Shown piece after piece: positions 34,219-46,481 of a DNA stretch of 61,167 nucleotides; the first letter of the stretch is position 1, and each line of letters begins with the position of its first letter. The stretch is from assembly GCA_032718475.1 (NCBI GenBank), contig JAUCBJ010007094.1, positions 1-61,167 of the forward strand, in the 5' to 3' direction. The stretch is from Nemertoderma westbladi. Lineage: Eukaryota > Animalia > Xenacoelomorpha. The position numbers and the translations under genes were made by a program. Below the pieces are notes generated by a model that did not search any database, was not told the DNA's origin, and saw only the letters and a list, made by a program, of their open reading frames with translations.

Positions 34219-36769
34219 GGCTTAACGAGCCTAAAATATTCTCCCATTCATTATTTTTATTTATATTATAAGTAGATTAGAAGATCGAAGTTTATTTATA
34301 TTTTACTTTACTTTACTTTATTCTGTATTAAGCCGTATAAATTACGGTTCACTAACTTGGTTAAATTGTAATACCAAAATTGCGTTGGTTTTCTTGTATA
34401 AAGGGGCCATTACATTGGAAGGGAGCCAAACTCGCTCAATTACAGCGATAGCCATCACCATTTAACCACTAATTGGATGACTGCTAACAGCTAAACCATA
34501 AGGATTTAGGGCCGGCCCCAACAAAATATATGTTTGTACGCTCCGGTTGACAACGACTAAAACATTCACAATCCTGTTATCGGATCAACATTAGCTAGAG
34601 AAGCATTGGAAGTTGGTGTAATTGCGCTAATGCTGTGTGGAGCAGGAATGGAAGGTTGTTAAAAAGTACGTGTTCTTCCGAAAAGCATAGATGTTTAATG
34701 CCTAAATAGGCCCCTTTGTATAATGGGACTGTGTTACTATCTTATATCTAAGCCTATTACATTCGGTTGAGACCCCCACCGGACAATCATGTGTGCAACT
34801 CGCTTCCGCTACCGCCTATCTCCTCAACTAACCGGAGATCAAGTCCTTAACCACATCATAATCAACAGGGAGGCCTGCATCCTCCCCAATTAATTAAGCC
34901 TCTCATTGAATCTCATTCAGGTTGGCTTATTAAACGGGATGTTGATCTATTGTAAGTTATTAAACTCACAGTTTATCAAATAGTTATCACTCCGTAGTAG
35001 ATCATCCCAGGCCCTTGTTATCGGTTAGTCAAAATAAATTATAGAGCAAGAGTTGCGAATGGGAAGTCATAACTCATAAAGTCTCCATTATGTGCAATAT
35101 AATTCGGCTGATAATGTAAGAAGTGCAAAATCAGTTGATTCCCGCACCGTTTCATGATGTTATCGGCTACTATACCGCAATGGTCTGTGAAGAAATGGTC
35201 CAGTCCGAGCGGTATGCGCCGCCAATGACTGTCTCCAAATCTTCCGAAGAAGAGGAAAAAGACGGGTAGATCAACACATTCCGAAACGGCAAGAAGGCCA
35301 TATCAGAAGCCCAACAGGAAACAGATGTAAGTTGAAGGAATGAACAACTCCTAAACATACTCACAAGACTGCATTAACAACACAGAGAGACAGAATAGAC
35401 ATTAATCCAACAGTCTGAGCTGGTCAGTGAACAGATTACTGCCATCAATGCCGCCAATGAAAGAGGATAATAATGGCTGCATGGCCGTAAATTGAATTTC
35501 TCAATGTCACAATTCCACTGCCAATGTGATCAGACTGCAGCTGATCACCTGGATGGTATGGTGGAAGGCTCACTTTGGGAAACTGATCAATAATGATCGA
35601 GTACTTAGTAATTACCTCACTATACTTACTACGTTTGTATTCTTGAGTGCGAAGACATCTGGTCAATATAGATATATATCTGATGCCTTATAGATGCTAT
35701 CTGGAAGATATAGGGTCATGTATTGCTTGTGCCATGCAGTTATTATCTGATATTATATGGCAATATGGGATGAAATTTAAGTCCCCAGATCTATAAAAAT
35801 GATAATTAATATTATACATATAGTATATGTTTTGTTATCCACAAGAAAATTTAAAAACATAAATAAATCAACAAATACAAATACAAATTGTGATTTAGAT
35901 TGAAATAGCCCAACTTATACTGAGATGCGGAAAAAAGGTCAAACATTTATATGTGCTTGTAGGCCTTTTACTATGTAAATTGTCGTTTATATGTTTATTT
36001 GCTGAATAATATGATATTACTTGTGTAAAAAAAAACGCAATATTATATACATATGCAATATATACATTATATTTGTTGCTGTTTGTTAATTCCACTTCCA
36101 CAAACACCACACCTACGAACACACACATACAGAGCTGACACTTATTGTGTGATTATATTAAATCAGTTGTTTTTATTTTAAATGTATGTTTGGTCATCAT
36201 GAAAGTAAATACATTGTAAATTAATTCATTTTCCTCGGTAGCAGGGATATATAAAAGCAAATTATGTATAGCAAATTGCGAGAAAAGTCACACATATCAA
36301 TTTGTGTGGATTCGATTACTAGTAATCTTGAGTTCATCATCAAGTTCATTAATATCAAAAAAAGAAAACTTTCTAGTTAATGGAAATAATATAAAGTTAG
36401 ATGATTTTTTGCTGAGAAGGCTTAATATAATTGAAGCGCGTTTACTGATTACGTTAAAAGAAAATCGCATTCATAAGACATCCTTTATAATATATTTAAT
36501 TTAAATTATTTTAATTAGAGTCTGTATAGATTCTGTATTGCTTCAATAGATAATGGGAGATGAATCATATATATCCCCATTAATAAACGGTTGATATGAT
36601 AAATTCTGATGTAAAACAGATGTAGATAGAGTATGTAATAGAATATGTAACAGCATTATAGAAGACCGTGGAGTGAACATGTAGGCTATACCGCATATAT
36701 TTCCTATAGTGGTACCGACAATATTATGAGGTATAATATATATTGAGAAAGACAATGTAGCGGATACAT

Positions 36770-37790
36770 ATAGGACACGGATAGAGAGAGAGCTACAAAA
36801 AAACATAGAAGTTAGAAAAGCAAAGGCTTGGGTAGCTCTATAAAAAATGGATACCATCTGGAAATCAGACCTCTAGGCACTTGAAGACTAAGTTCTTTCG
36901 AGCCACAGTGGGAAGTGCACTTTTATACGGTACTACTAGGATCGGCATGCTGCATTGCAGCTGCATTTTTAAGAATGCTGTGCCGGCTTGTCGACAAAAT
37001 TGCGCCGCCACAACTCCCTATCACCCATGACATTTGCTAGATCATCCGCATCTTCAAGGCCAGTGTCCTTTAAGATGCGTCTCAAGAAACTTATGGGCTG
37101 TGCACCATGGTTATTCACTCTATGAGGTCGTCAAAGCACAAGATTATACACTGGCTGGTCCTCACGGCGAAAGCAATGTCCTGAAAAGAGGAGTCGACTT
37201 TGTTCTAGTGTCAAGCTTGGGGGAACCAATGAGACACCTCCAATGTTATATAGTGTCTGATTGGAGATGTGTGCATAACCCGAGATATGAACCCGGCATA
37301 GCATTCTTGTGAATGTGCCATCCAGAGATTTGGTGTCCAGCAAGGACTCCCATAGAGGAGTACTGGAACTACTGCTGCTCTAAATAATCGAACCTTTTAT
37401 ACGGTGGTCGTGGTGAGACCTGGACACTGACGAAATCACTTGAACAACGAATTTATGGATTGTTGTTATATACAAGTAAGCACGTATGGGTAGCCCCAAG
37501 CATCAGCTGGAGACAACACATGACAAACGCCGAGCTTTATGGTACAATACCACCTGTATCAACCACCATCCGTGAACGCAGATTAAGATTCAGTGGGCAC
37601 TGGTGGCGAAGTAAAGACGAGGTCATACCAGATCTACTTTTCTGGCAACCAACTCATGGAAAGTGTAGCCGTGGACGACCGGCCATAACATATATATATC
37701 AACTTGAAAGGGATACTGAACTTGGGAGAAACGAAATTGCGACAACTATGGAGAATCGGAAAGCCTGGAAGGATCTCATCTGTCTGTACT
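36770..37790 (+). mobile_element. RTE LINE fragment (family B), interrupted by a family A insertion
   Basis: IEVRKAKAWVAL..IWKS before the insert; TIRERRLRFSGHWWRS..LLFWQPTHG..RGRP..ENRKAWK after it. Confidence 0.8.
36932..37393 (-). mobile_element. 5'-truncated RTE LINE (family A) with 12-bp TSD
   Basis: Reverse complement of about 1810-2290. TSD CTTTTATACGGT at 36920-36931 and 37394-37405. (TAG)n tail. Confidence 0.9.
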
Positions 37791-39729
37791 CGACGCCTTA
37801 TATTAGAAATTCAACAAATTTTATCCAATTATAAGTCATTTAGCCGTGTTGCTTAGCAAGTTGATAGCGAAACGCAAGTAAAACATAATTCACAGAACTC
37901 CACTTAATAATTATAATCTTAGCATATCCGCTCAATGTGAATCCGCATCAGAGGTTCCAAAGTGGGCAATTTTGACATCCGGTTACAACGGCAACAGTTC
38001 CAATTACGTAAATCGTAAAAATATTTTTCTTTGGGAAACTAGTTTTTAACTAATTTACAAATCAAATTGTTAGCTCTTTGTTTTCCAGGTCAGGAACGTA
38101 AGTGTGTTTCTTAAATTTATATATTTTATATATTTGCATCCACTTCAGCAATGCATCTGATGATTTATCCTAAAACCCAAAACACCAAATATATTTAGTA
38201 ATTCACTCTATCAACATGGGGTGTGGGGGATTCTCTATTGGAGAATACATTTTATTTTACATCATTTTATTGACTTTATTTTATAGTTTTATTATATATG
38301 TAAAATTTATAATTTATTATTAAAAACTTTTAAAAAGGTCCTTCAAACGTTATTAAGCCTTGACGATAAGTTATTTAGCGCCACAAAGCGACGGACAGTG
38401 AACTTGCGCCAGAAACTGTCTCATTTAATTGATATAACTTTCGTTGGCACAGCTTTGCTAATTAGGCAATGTCGTCCAGGTGGGATCGAACCGGTCACCT
38501 CCAGCGCTCCAGGTTGGAATTCTGACGAGGTCAATACCATAATCTGCTGCCACTGTGGTCAACCCTACTGTACATGGCCGTCTTGTCACCACTTCAAATC
38601 AAAACCTTCACAACCGCAAATGAAAGGTTAGTGTATATTAACCAATAACCATCACGGCCACTATGATTAATTACACACTCTAAATACTAATTTAGATATG
38701 ACAGTTACACCCATAGAGAAGTGCGACCTGTATATTTCATATTTATTATTGGTGTTTTGGGTGAATGAGTGGTTACATATTATTATAACTTTTGTTGGGC
38801 TCAGCCTTACAAAGTCATTTAATTGGGAACATTCCATTGGTTATTACGTAAAATGTCGTCTGGTCATAATTTATCAAGCCTAGACGAAGTGATATTTAGC
38901 GCCTCCTAACAGCTGACCATTGAATTGCAGGACGCCAAAATTATCTATACTTTCTAAACATTTTCTATACCAAATTTCAAAAATTAAACTGAACCGTTGC
39001 TGAGATATTATGGCGTCCAAACATTGAGCCATACATACATACAAACAGACAGACGGAGTGATGGACAACTCTGATTTGGCCCAATATTAATTAAACCTTA
39101 TGCTAAGATTCCGTTTAACTTCGAAGCTCGCCCCACAATAATTAAAGTAATCAAATATCCTAAATATCTATCAAGTGAGTCTCTTTAATATAATTCACGG
39201 TGTAGGTGGACTTTAGACCAAAGTCTGAGTGTAGTAGATCAGATCCCATAGTGGGCGGTTTTTGTGGATTGCAGAAGTGGCGCAAGATACACAAATTAAT
39301 ATTATCACCAGTCCCTAACCCTATCAAATTTTGATATATGTATTGCTACTCCATGCGATCCTATTTATTAATCTTCCAAACTGCTTGTATTTTCTTTCGA
39401 ATGGAAAGTTTACCATTCTATATGAATGTATATTGAGGTAAATGGGGATATGAAAAATAGGGGGTAGTGGGACTTATCTTATGTTTAAATGTTTACAGTA
39501 TTAATTAGATCGATTACATTATTTGACAATCACACCATAGTACATACTGTAATCAACCTGCCCTCGAAATAAATTATACTATAATTTATTTATAGTACAT
39601 TTTTTTCCACCATGCTTCCTAAATGCACTGCACAATGCACATTCTTTATAACAACACATGTAACAAAACTTTGTAATACCTCCTTATTCTTCCATTTTGC
39701 CTTCTATTTTTCCTATAACTAACTATCCC

Positions 39730-40033
39730 GTTTGTCATTGGTCACAGATCTGGTATTTGGGGAGTGCCGCTGCTCCTATTGGTCAATGAATCAACTATCT
39801 CCCAAATTATTCTTGCTTGCACCTCATAATGTAGTTCAAACCTAACTAACTGTGATTGGTTTGGATGTATATCAACTGTCTAAGAGTTATAACAAGTCAT
39901 TTATATCACAAGTGATCTGAGTCGTAAGCATTGTTATAATTATCCTAGCATTATTTCAGAAGTGTTATCAGAAATCTCAGAAGTAAAGTTCTTTTATTAA
40001 TATTGCAATATTCTGTTCAGAGAATAGGTAAGT
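39730..40033 (+). promoter_or_regulatory. Candidate rx promoter and non-coding first exon
   Basis: Three reverse CCAAT boxes (ATTGG near 39737, 39778 and 39856), followed by a consensus donor AG|GTAAGT at 40027/40028, upstream of the acceptor at 40580. Confidence 0.35.
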
Positions 40034-40285
40034 TTTAATTATCATAATGAATTAGTTAAGATGATCAGAAACGTTTTTCCTATTCATAATAATTAGAATA
40101 ACAATTTCAGGTTCAGACTTCTAATTATCTGATGAGTGAGTGAGATGCTTCAATGCAGCTAAATAGTTAAACTAGGTAGAAGGGCTGCGGCTAGTTTTAG
40201 TAGGCCTATCTCAGATTTATTATTTATTTGTATATTAGATGTTAAACATAAATAAGTTACATAATATTATTTAAGATTCGGAAAT

Positions 40286-40418
40286 AGCCCAACCCAGGCT
40301 TTCATCCTTGCCTAGTCGATAAATGGATACCATTTTATCTTGAGAATACAGAGTGGATGGGTTTGCTTTGGAAGATCACCAACGGTGGTTAAAAGGCCCT
40401 GAATGAATGAGCCTAAGA
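40286..40418 (+). mobile_element. SINE remnant (Nin/Deu-like core) with a single satellite-like unit
   Basis: GCTTTCATCCTTGCCTAGTCGATAAATGGATACC is followed by ACAGAGTGGATGGGTTTGCTTTGGAAGATCACCAACGGTGGTTAAAAGGC. Confidence 0.7.
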
Positions 40419-40588
40419 CGATTGCGCCATTCAATAAAAAAATTATTTTAAATTTTAAAAAAATTTCAGCTTTTATCGTCGAATAGAGGTGGTATGGTAG
40501 GCCAAGATGGAAACGTGGCATAAGTTTTGTTGATTTCTTTTCGTAAATTTATTACTAATTTATTTTGTGTTACGTTTCAGTTATAGAA

Positions 40589-40724
40589 ATGTTGACCAAC
40601 CACCATATAGGCTCATCGGGCATGCCAGTGTCACCCAGGAAGAAGAGTCATTCAATAGATGCTATCCTCGGCATAGGCGCTTCAAATGTCTCCGAACACC
40701 ATCCTAATCATAATAGCGAACTCC
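40589..40724 (+). CDS. rx: Rx coding exon containing the octapeptide (eh1-like) motif
   Basis: MLTNHHIGSSGMPVSPRKKSHSIDAILGIGASNVSEHHPNHNSEL. Acceptor tttcag ends at 40580. Phase-1 donor GTAAGT at 40725. Too short for the ORF track. Confidence 0.88.
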
Positions 40725-41109
40725 GTAAGTCATCTTATTAATTAACTTAATTAATACTTACTTAAGTTTCGATAAATAAATTTTGTTAACATATAAACAA
40801 TTTTTTCCCAGACAATCTCCTTCGCAATTACGTTATCGCCTTATTGCATGGAATAATTTTATTACCTTATATTTTTCTGGATTGGAAACCAAAATAAAAA
40901 TCATTTTAGTGTAACTAATTTAAAGTAAATGTATTGTATAATGTATTATTTCTGGGTACCGGTACTATTTTAGCACCCACTATATTTGTGTAAAGATGAT
41001 ATTTTTATTGGGTTATTCAGCATCTTTATTAAATGCGTCTCAATAAAGTTTCACCAACGATAATGCCAAGTCAAAAGTTGAGAAATATTCCAGAACATAT
41101 TATTATTAT

Positions 41110-41285
41110 TTAATGGTGACATTCCTGGGCTTCCAATCAGGAGACACCGGTTCGATTCCTAGATGGGGCAGTCACTGTTTGGGCACAGTGATTTAAAAGC
41201 TACAGCCTAGTCAAACCCTGGCTTTCATCCTTGACTGCTCTATAATTGTGAGCCAAGGTAATAGGGAAACCGAATGTAAGTGTTT
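41110..41285 (+). mobile_element. tRNA-derived SINE head with Nin/Deu-like core, in the rx intron
   Basis: B-box GGTTCGATTCC near 41149, A-box-like TGGTGACATT, then GGCTTTCATCCTT; runs directly into the 63-bp array. Confidence 0.7.
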
Positions 41286-41892
41286 AGAAGATCACCCATC
41301 ATGGTGGTGAACAGGCACTCCTTTAGGAAACAGAGTGGAAGGGTTTACTGTGGAAGATCAGCCATGGTGGTGAACATGCATTCCTTTGGGAAACAGAGTG
41401 GAAGGGTTTACTGTGGAAGATCAGCCATGGTGGTAAACAGGCATTCCTTTTGGAAACAGAGTGGAAGGGTTTACTGTGGAAGATCAGCCATGGTGGTGAA
41501 CAGGCATTCCTTTTGGAAACAGAGTGGAAGAGTTTACTGTGGAAGATCACCCATGGCAGTGAACAGGAATTCCTTTAGGAAACAGAGTGGAAGGATTTAC
41601 TGTGGAAGATCACCCATGGTGGTGAACAGGCGTTCCTTTAGGAAACATAGTGGAGGGGTTTATTGTGGAAGATCACCCATGGCATGGTGGTGAACAGGCA
41701 TTCCTTTAGGAAACAGAGTGGAAGAGTTACTGTGGAAGATCACCCATGGTGGTGAACAGGCATTCCTTTGGGAAACATAGTAGAAGAATTTGCTGTGGAA
41801 GATGACCCATGCAGTGAACAGGAATTCCTTTAGGAAACAGAGTGGAAGGGTTTATTGTGGAAGATCACCCATGGTGGTGAAAAGGAATTCCC
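41286..41892. repeat. 63-bp satellite, short diverged array (about 9.5 units) in the rx intron
   Basis: Same unit as the 8787-34218 array, with more indels. Confidence 0.95.
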
Positions 41893-42047
41893 TGACTTTT
41901 AATCTTTAAATTAAAAATTCGATAGCCATTTCATCAAATTTGGAAACATTGGGTTTATATGTAATTTTTGCTTATGAATTCCAGTCATGGACTCGCCATC
42001 CAGCACTGATCTTACTCTTCGGTACTGATACTCACACTCACTGAACT

Positions 42048-43233
42048 GGATCTAGGACACTTCCCCCCCGGACACTTCCCCCCCGGACACTTCCCCCCCG
42101 CCCAAGTAGGACACTTCCCCCCCGGACACTTCCCCCCCGGACACTTGCCCCCCGGACACTTCCCCCCCAGTTAAAGTGTTAAAATTAATCTGGGTGCATC
42201 AAAGCAATAAACAAAAGTTAAAGATGGTTACAGGACAAGTTGTATCTAGACAAGTTTTTTCAAAATTATAAAAGAAACGTTTTGTTTGTTTTCCTTTTAA
42301 TTTCTTTAATTCTTTTAATTTCTTTTAATTGGGGGCTGCCGCCCCCAAACCCACGCTTCTTTTCTTGGGGGCTGCCGCCCCCAAACCCCCGCTTCTTTTC
42401 TCGGGGGTTATCGCCCCCAGACCGCGGCATTTCCCTGAGTGCCCGTGGTGAAAGACTTACGACCACTTTGAAATATTTAATTCATGTTTGTATCAACAGA
42501 TAATAAATTGACTAAGCCTAAAGTAGGAGCTGTATTGAATGTTAACCAATTTAATATATAAATTACTACAATATTATATAATTCAACAAAATCCTATTAA
42601 AAATATTGCAAGTAACCAGGAAATTTAATATGTAGTGTGTATAATATCTATATAGTATATATAGTAGTAATATGTATATCAATATGTAATGCTGAACACA
42701 GAATACAGGTCGACGCATGTCGATTTTACCCTGGAGAGGTATAATTTTGATTGCAACAATAATATTCATCCCCATCTGGTATACAATTTGAAGAAGACTA
42801 TTACATAATAATACCTATAATTAAAACAATTAATTATTATAATTCTATAGTTAATAAACACAGTATATCATTCCGGGGATGGAATTTATAGGTCATCTAA
42901 TTAATTGTTTAAAGATTAGCAAACAATACGATGTAATTGAATTGATAAAACCCATAAATAAAACTTGGATATAAAATGTAAAATCGGGATGCAAAAGATC
43001 ACTTTCTGAGCTACGAAAGGAAAATTGGATACAACTTATCTGGATACAAGCGGTCCGTTTACCTTACAAAATGAAAAATACGAATTTGCGAAGTTAAGAA
43101 CAGTCGGGAGAGGGGGGAAGTGTCCGCGGGGGGGAAGTGTCTGGGGGGGAAGTGTCCGGGGGGAAAGTGTCCTACTTGAGCGGGGGGGAACTGTCCGGGG
43201 GGGAAGTGTCCGGGGGGGAAGTGTCCGAACACC
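42048..43233. mobile_element. Non-autonomous TIR element (Mutator/Foldback-like), copy 2
   Basis: Inverted homolog of 7399-8682. Perfect TSD ACTGAACT at 42040-42047 and 43234-43241 (9 bp if the terminal C is counted). Confidence 0.9.
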
Positions 43234-43955
43234 ACTGAACTAATAAGTAATAACTAAATAAATAATTAACACTAAGACAATAACAGGAACAGCTCACTAA
43301 TCTGCATTTTCATTTACATATTGATTAATCTTAAATGTGTGGAGAACATGGCTGTGTATGTCTACTACCTCTGTAGCAGGTCTGGGTCTGGGGGAGGTGT
43401 TGAAAGTATTCATGACACGCATATGCGCATATGGCAAACCAGGTTGTAATACCTACCATTACCAACAATATTGCTGAAAAGTACGCGAAAGCCGATTTTA
43501 GAGAGACAAAATGTTAGAACAGTTCTTAAAGGTATGAACATTTAGGTTAATAATATGAGTTACACTGTTCCTTCCACTACAAGGAAAGTACATCTGTTAT
43601 ACAGTATATCCTTCCAACAACATGGACACAAAGTCTGTTACTGTTATTAGTAATGCTATTATTATATTATTTGGCAGTATGTTTAGTCCTCCACTCTGCA
43701 CAAGTTCGATGCATAGTAGCATAGTTTATAGTTACCAAAAATAGTTAATTACCAATTATTGTTTATTGCAAATACATGTACGAGTAACATTGATATGTTA
43801 CTAGTTACAGGGATTTTAAAACAGTGATTGTTTTTTTTTTTCAATATAATTATCTGCGCCTTGGATTTTATTTAATGAGTCATGCGTTTAATGTTGTATG
43901 AAGGCGTCACATTGCAATTTTCTAATTTATTATATATCATGGCAGATGATTATTT

Positions 43956-43990
43956 GAGAGAGAGAGAGAGAGAGAGAGAGAACAGAGAGA
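43956..43990. repeat. (GA)n microsatellite
   Basis: Read directly from the sequence. Confidence 0.9.
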
Positions 43991-45328
43991 TATGTAATAG
44001 CTTAGAAGCCGTTATAAAATACGGACAATGGGTTGCTAATATCGATTGGTTGTATCGGGATCCCTTGTCAGTGGGTAATGACTTTAAGCCGGTTCGTCTT
44101 TGTGCAAACACAAACGCTGTGAATATATAAAAATATATATTTTGTAATTAACAGGCTCGTTTATATATATCCGCTGATATTTGCTTGCTAAAGCGGCGAG
44201 CGGGAGAAATTTCTTAATGAGCAGATGTGATTGTGATAACAATAGCGTAACAGCCGTAGCAGCGGTCGTCTAAATAAATTAGAAGGACAATAGCGTCCAT
44301 TTGTGGACACAAATCGTCGTTTAACGTTCTATATTTATCGACTAGCTATAACTTACTAGCTAGCTCCAGAAACATCGAGATGTGGCCTAACAAAGCTAAA
44401 CAAAATCAATAGCAATTTCCTCTGCGAAAAATTTCAATTTTAATTTTTTTGAAAGGCCAATTTTCTTGGGCATTGTATTAACCAAATGGATTGTATGTCC
44501 TTGAGTGAGTAGGAAGTAATTTGGTCTGTATAAATTGACCGGCTATTTTAGTTGTATAACTGGGGTACTTGTAAACAGAAACTCGAAACTTAAGGACTTG
44601 AAATTTGATTGCGTGACAGGTGCACGCAGCGAGGGAAGGAGCTCGTTACAACATTCTACCAAGTTCCTCAAACACACATAGACAAACTTATTGATTATAA
44701 TCAATCTGAACTTAATTACTTTACCTAATGTAATTGTTAGCCTATAATAACAATAACTAACATTTGCTTATTAATATTTTCCTGCTAAAATTGAGTATTT
44801 ATTATTTACGTTTGAAAGATATTGTCAAAAATGTATAAATTAATATTATAATGTGGTTAAGAAAGTTAACTTCTCAAATTTGTGCCTAATTTTATATGGC
44901 CATAAAAAAATCAATAGCTAAGAAAAAGGAAGATTAAATATTAATAATATCTGACTATTTCATCAACCTTCTCTTTGTGTGATTCAGTTTATCTAGAATA
45001 TTGTTCAACTCCTCTCCCATAATGCTATTTAACTAAATTGTTCCTAACACTTTGTGATTATCAGAGAAATTGTTCGCTATAAGCGCACAACGTTTAATAT
45101 GTAACCGTGATTTCCTGGAATCATCAACCAATAATGAACCATTATTGAGAAAGACATTGCTTTTACAGTTATAAAAATGTACACATTTGAGTATATAGTC
45201 GCATTGTTATATTGTATATTCAGATAAGATATGCCGATTTCATTCACTATACAGTATATATTATTATTATAAGTTATAATAAATACAACGCATATTAATT
45301 ATCTAATCTTTATTCTATTTCTAATCAG

Positions 45329-45552
45329 CTGATATGATGGGATCGCCTGATGACATTGAAGTTAACGATGACTCCGACAACCCATACGATGACGAGGACG
45401 GTATGAAGAAGAAACATCGGCGTAACAGAACCACCTTCACTACCTACCAACTGCACGAACTCGAGAGAGCGTTCGAGAAGAGTCATTACCCAGATGTATA
45501 CGCAAGAGAGGAGATCGCATTGAAGATTAATCTACCTGAAGTTAGGGTGCAG
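45329..45552 (+). CDS. rx: Rx exon: acidic linker and homeodomain residues 1-46
   Basis: [49 protein letters not shown]. The phase-1 acceptor matches the previous donor (C+CT = Pro). Donor CAG|GTAAGG at the PRD-class 46/47 intron position. Confidence 0.96.
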
Positions 45553-45947
45553 GTAAGGAATTTATATTTACTGCAATAAGTGTTAAGTTAAATTTTAAAT
45601 AATTGATTAATTCAGGGAGTGTGAAAGGAGGAAAAATATTATTTATTTATTATGTATTCTTTATGGTTAGATGAGAAATGTTAGGTTTATGGTGGAGGTA
45701 TGAGGCTGGGGACTAGCTTTCCCAATCAAGGGAAAGGAGCAGGTAACTGTGGCATGTTATTTTAACCAGAACAATAAACGAGAGTAAACAGTTTCATTAT
45801 TTGTCGTAATCAGTTGTTGTTATTTGTGTCAATATTTCCCTGGAGGGAATTCACTTTTGATTGCGCTAGAAGCCCCACCCCACCCCACCCCACCCCCCAA
45901 TAGAGTGATAAATGCGTTTTGATAAAAACATAATAATTTTTTTCCAG

Positions 45948-46481
45948 GTCTGGTTTCAAAACAGACGAGCGAAATGGCGAAGACAAGAGAAAATGGAGCA
46001 AAACATCTACAAACTTCCGGACTTCTCCCACTTCCGGTCCCACGGGCCTCTCGACTCATTGTTCGCCGTTCCCAACGGCGCCACTCCGCTGCACAACCTC
46101 CCGGGCTTCGTCACCATGACTACCAGCCCGTACGGCGCCCTTATCCCGCCCCCCATGCTGGGTTCCATCCCTCCCCCGGCCTTCAGTCACGGATTCCCCA
46201 ACTGCATCCCCCAATCTGTACCATCCGCGTTCCCGTTGCCGATGGCAACCGGATTCTCTATGACGTCATCTCATATGCGACGCACGACGCCAGACCGCGT
46301 AAGCACTAAGATAGGGCCAGAGTCTTCGCCATCGCCGTTACCCTTGGTTACGCGCAGCTCGCCCTCACCGCCTGAGGAGGTTGGCTCACAGAATACCAGC
46401 ATTATGGCCCTCCGACTAAAGGCTAAAGAACATTTGATTTCTGTTGGGAAATCCTGGCAGATTCCCAGTCAAGGGAACTAA
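45948..46481 (+). CDS. rx: Rx last coding exon: end of helix 3 (Q50), Pro-rich region and OAR motif
   Basis: Acceptor ttttttccag, then VWFQNRRAKWRRQEK and OAR QNTSIMALRLKAKEH. The three exons total 894 nt, i.e. 297 aa plus stop. Confidence 0.96.
   Translation, partial: VWFQNRRAKWRRQEKMEQNIYKLPDFSHFRSHGPLDSLFAVPNGATPLHNLPGFVTMTTSPYGALIPPPMLGSIPPPAFSHGFPNCIPQSVPSAFPLPMATGFSMTSSHMRRTTPDRVSTKIGPESSPSPLPLVTRSSPSPPEEVGSQNTSIMALRLKAKEHLISVGKSWQIPSQGN

Noticed and set aside
8732-34225. Long Arg-rich ORFs (up to 741 aa) of MVVNRHSFRKQSGRVYCGRSP repeats as a protamine-like gene
   Set aside because: The 63-bp unit is 21 codons and lacks stops in one frame. Stops and frameshifts are scattered, an LTR element interrupts the array, and the same unit occurs in an intron and in a SINE remnant.
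45329-46481. Assignment to aristaless/Arx or another paired-like gene
   Set aside because: [38 protein letters not shown] and RRQEK, together with HSIDAILG, fit Rx better than Arx (QRRYRTTF, LTEARVQ).
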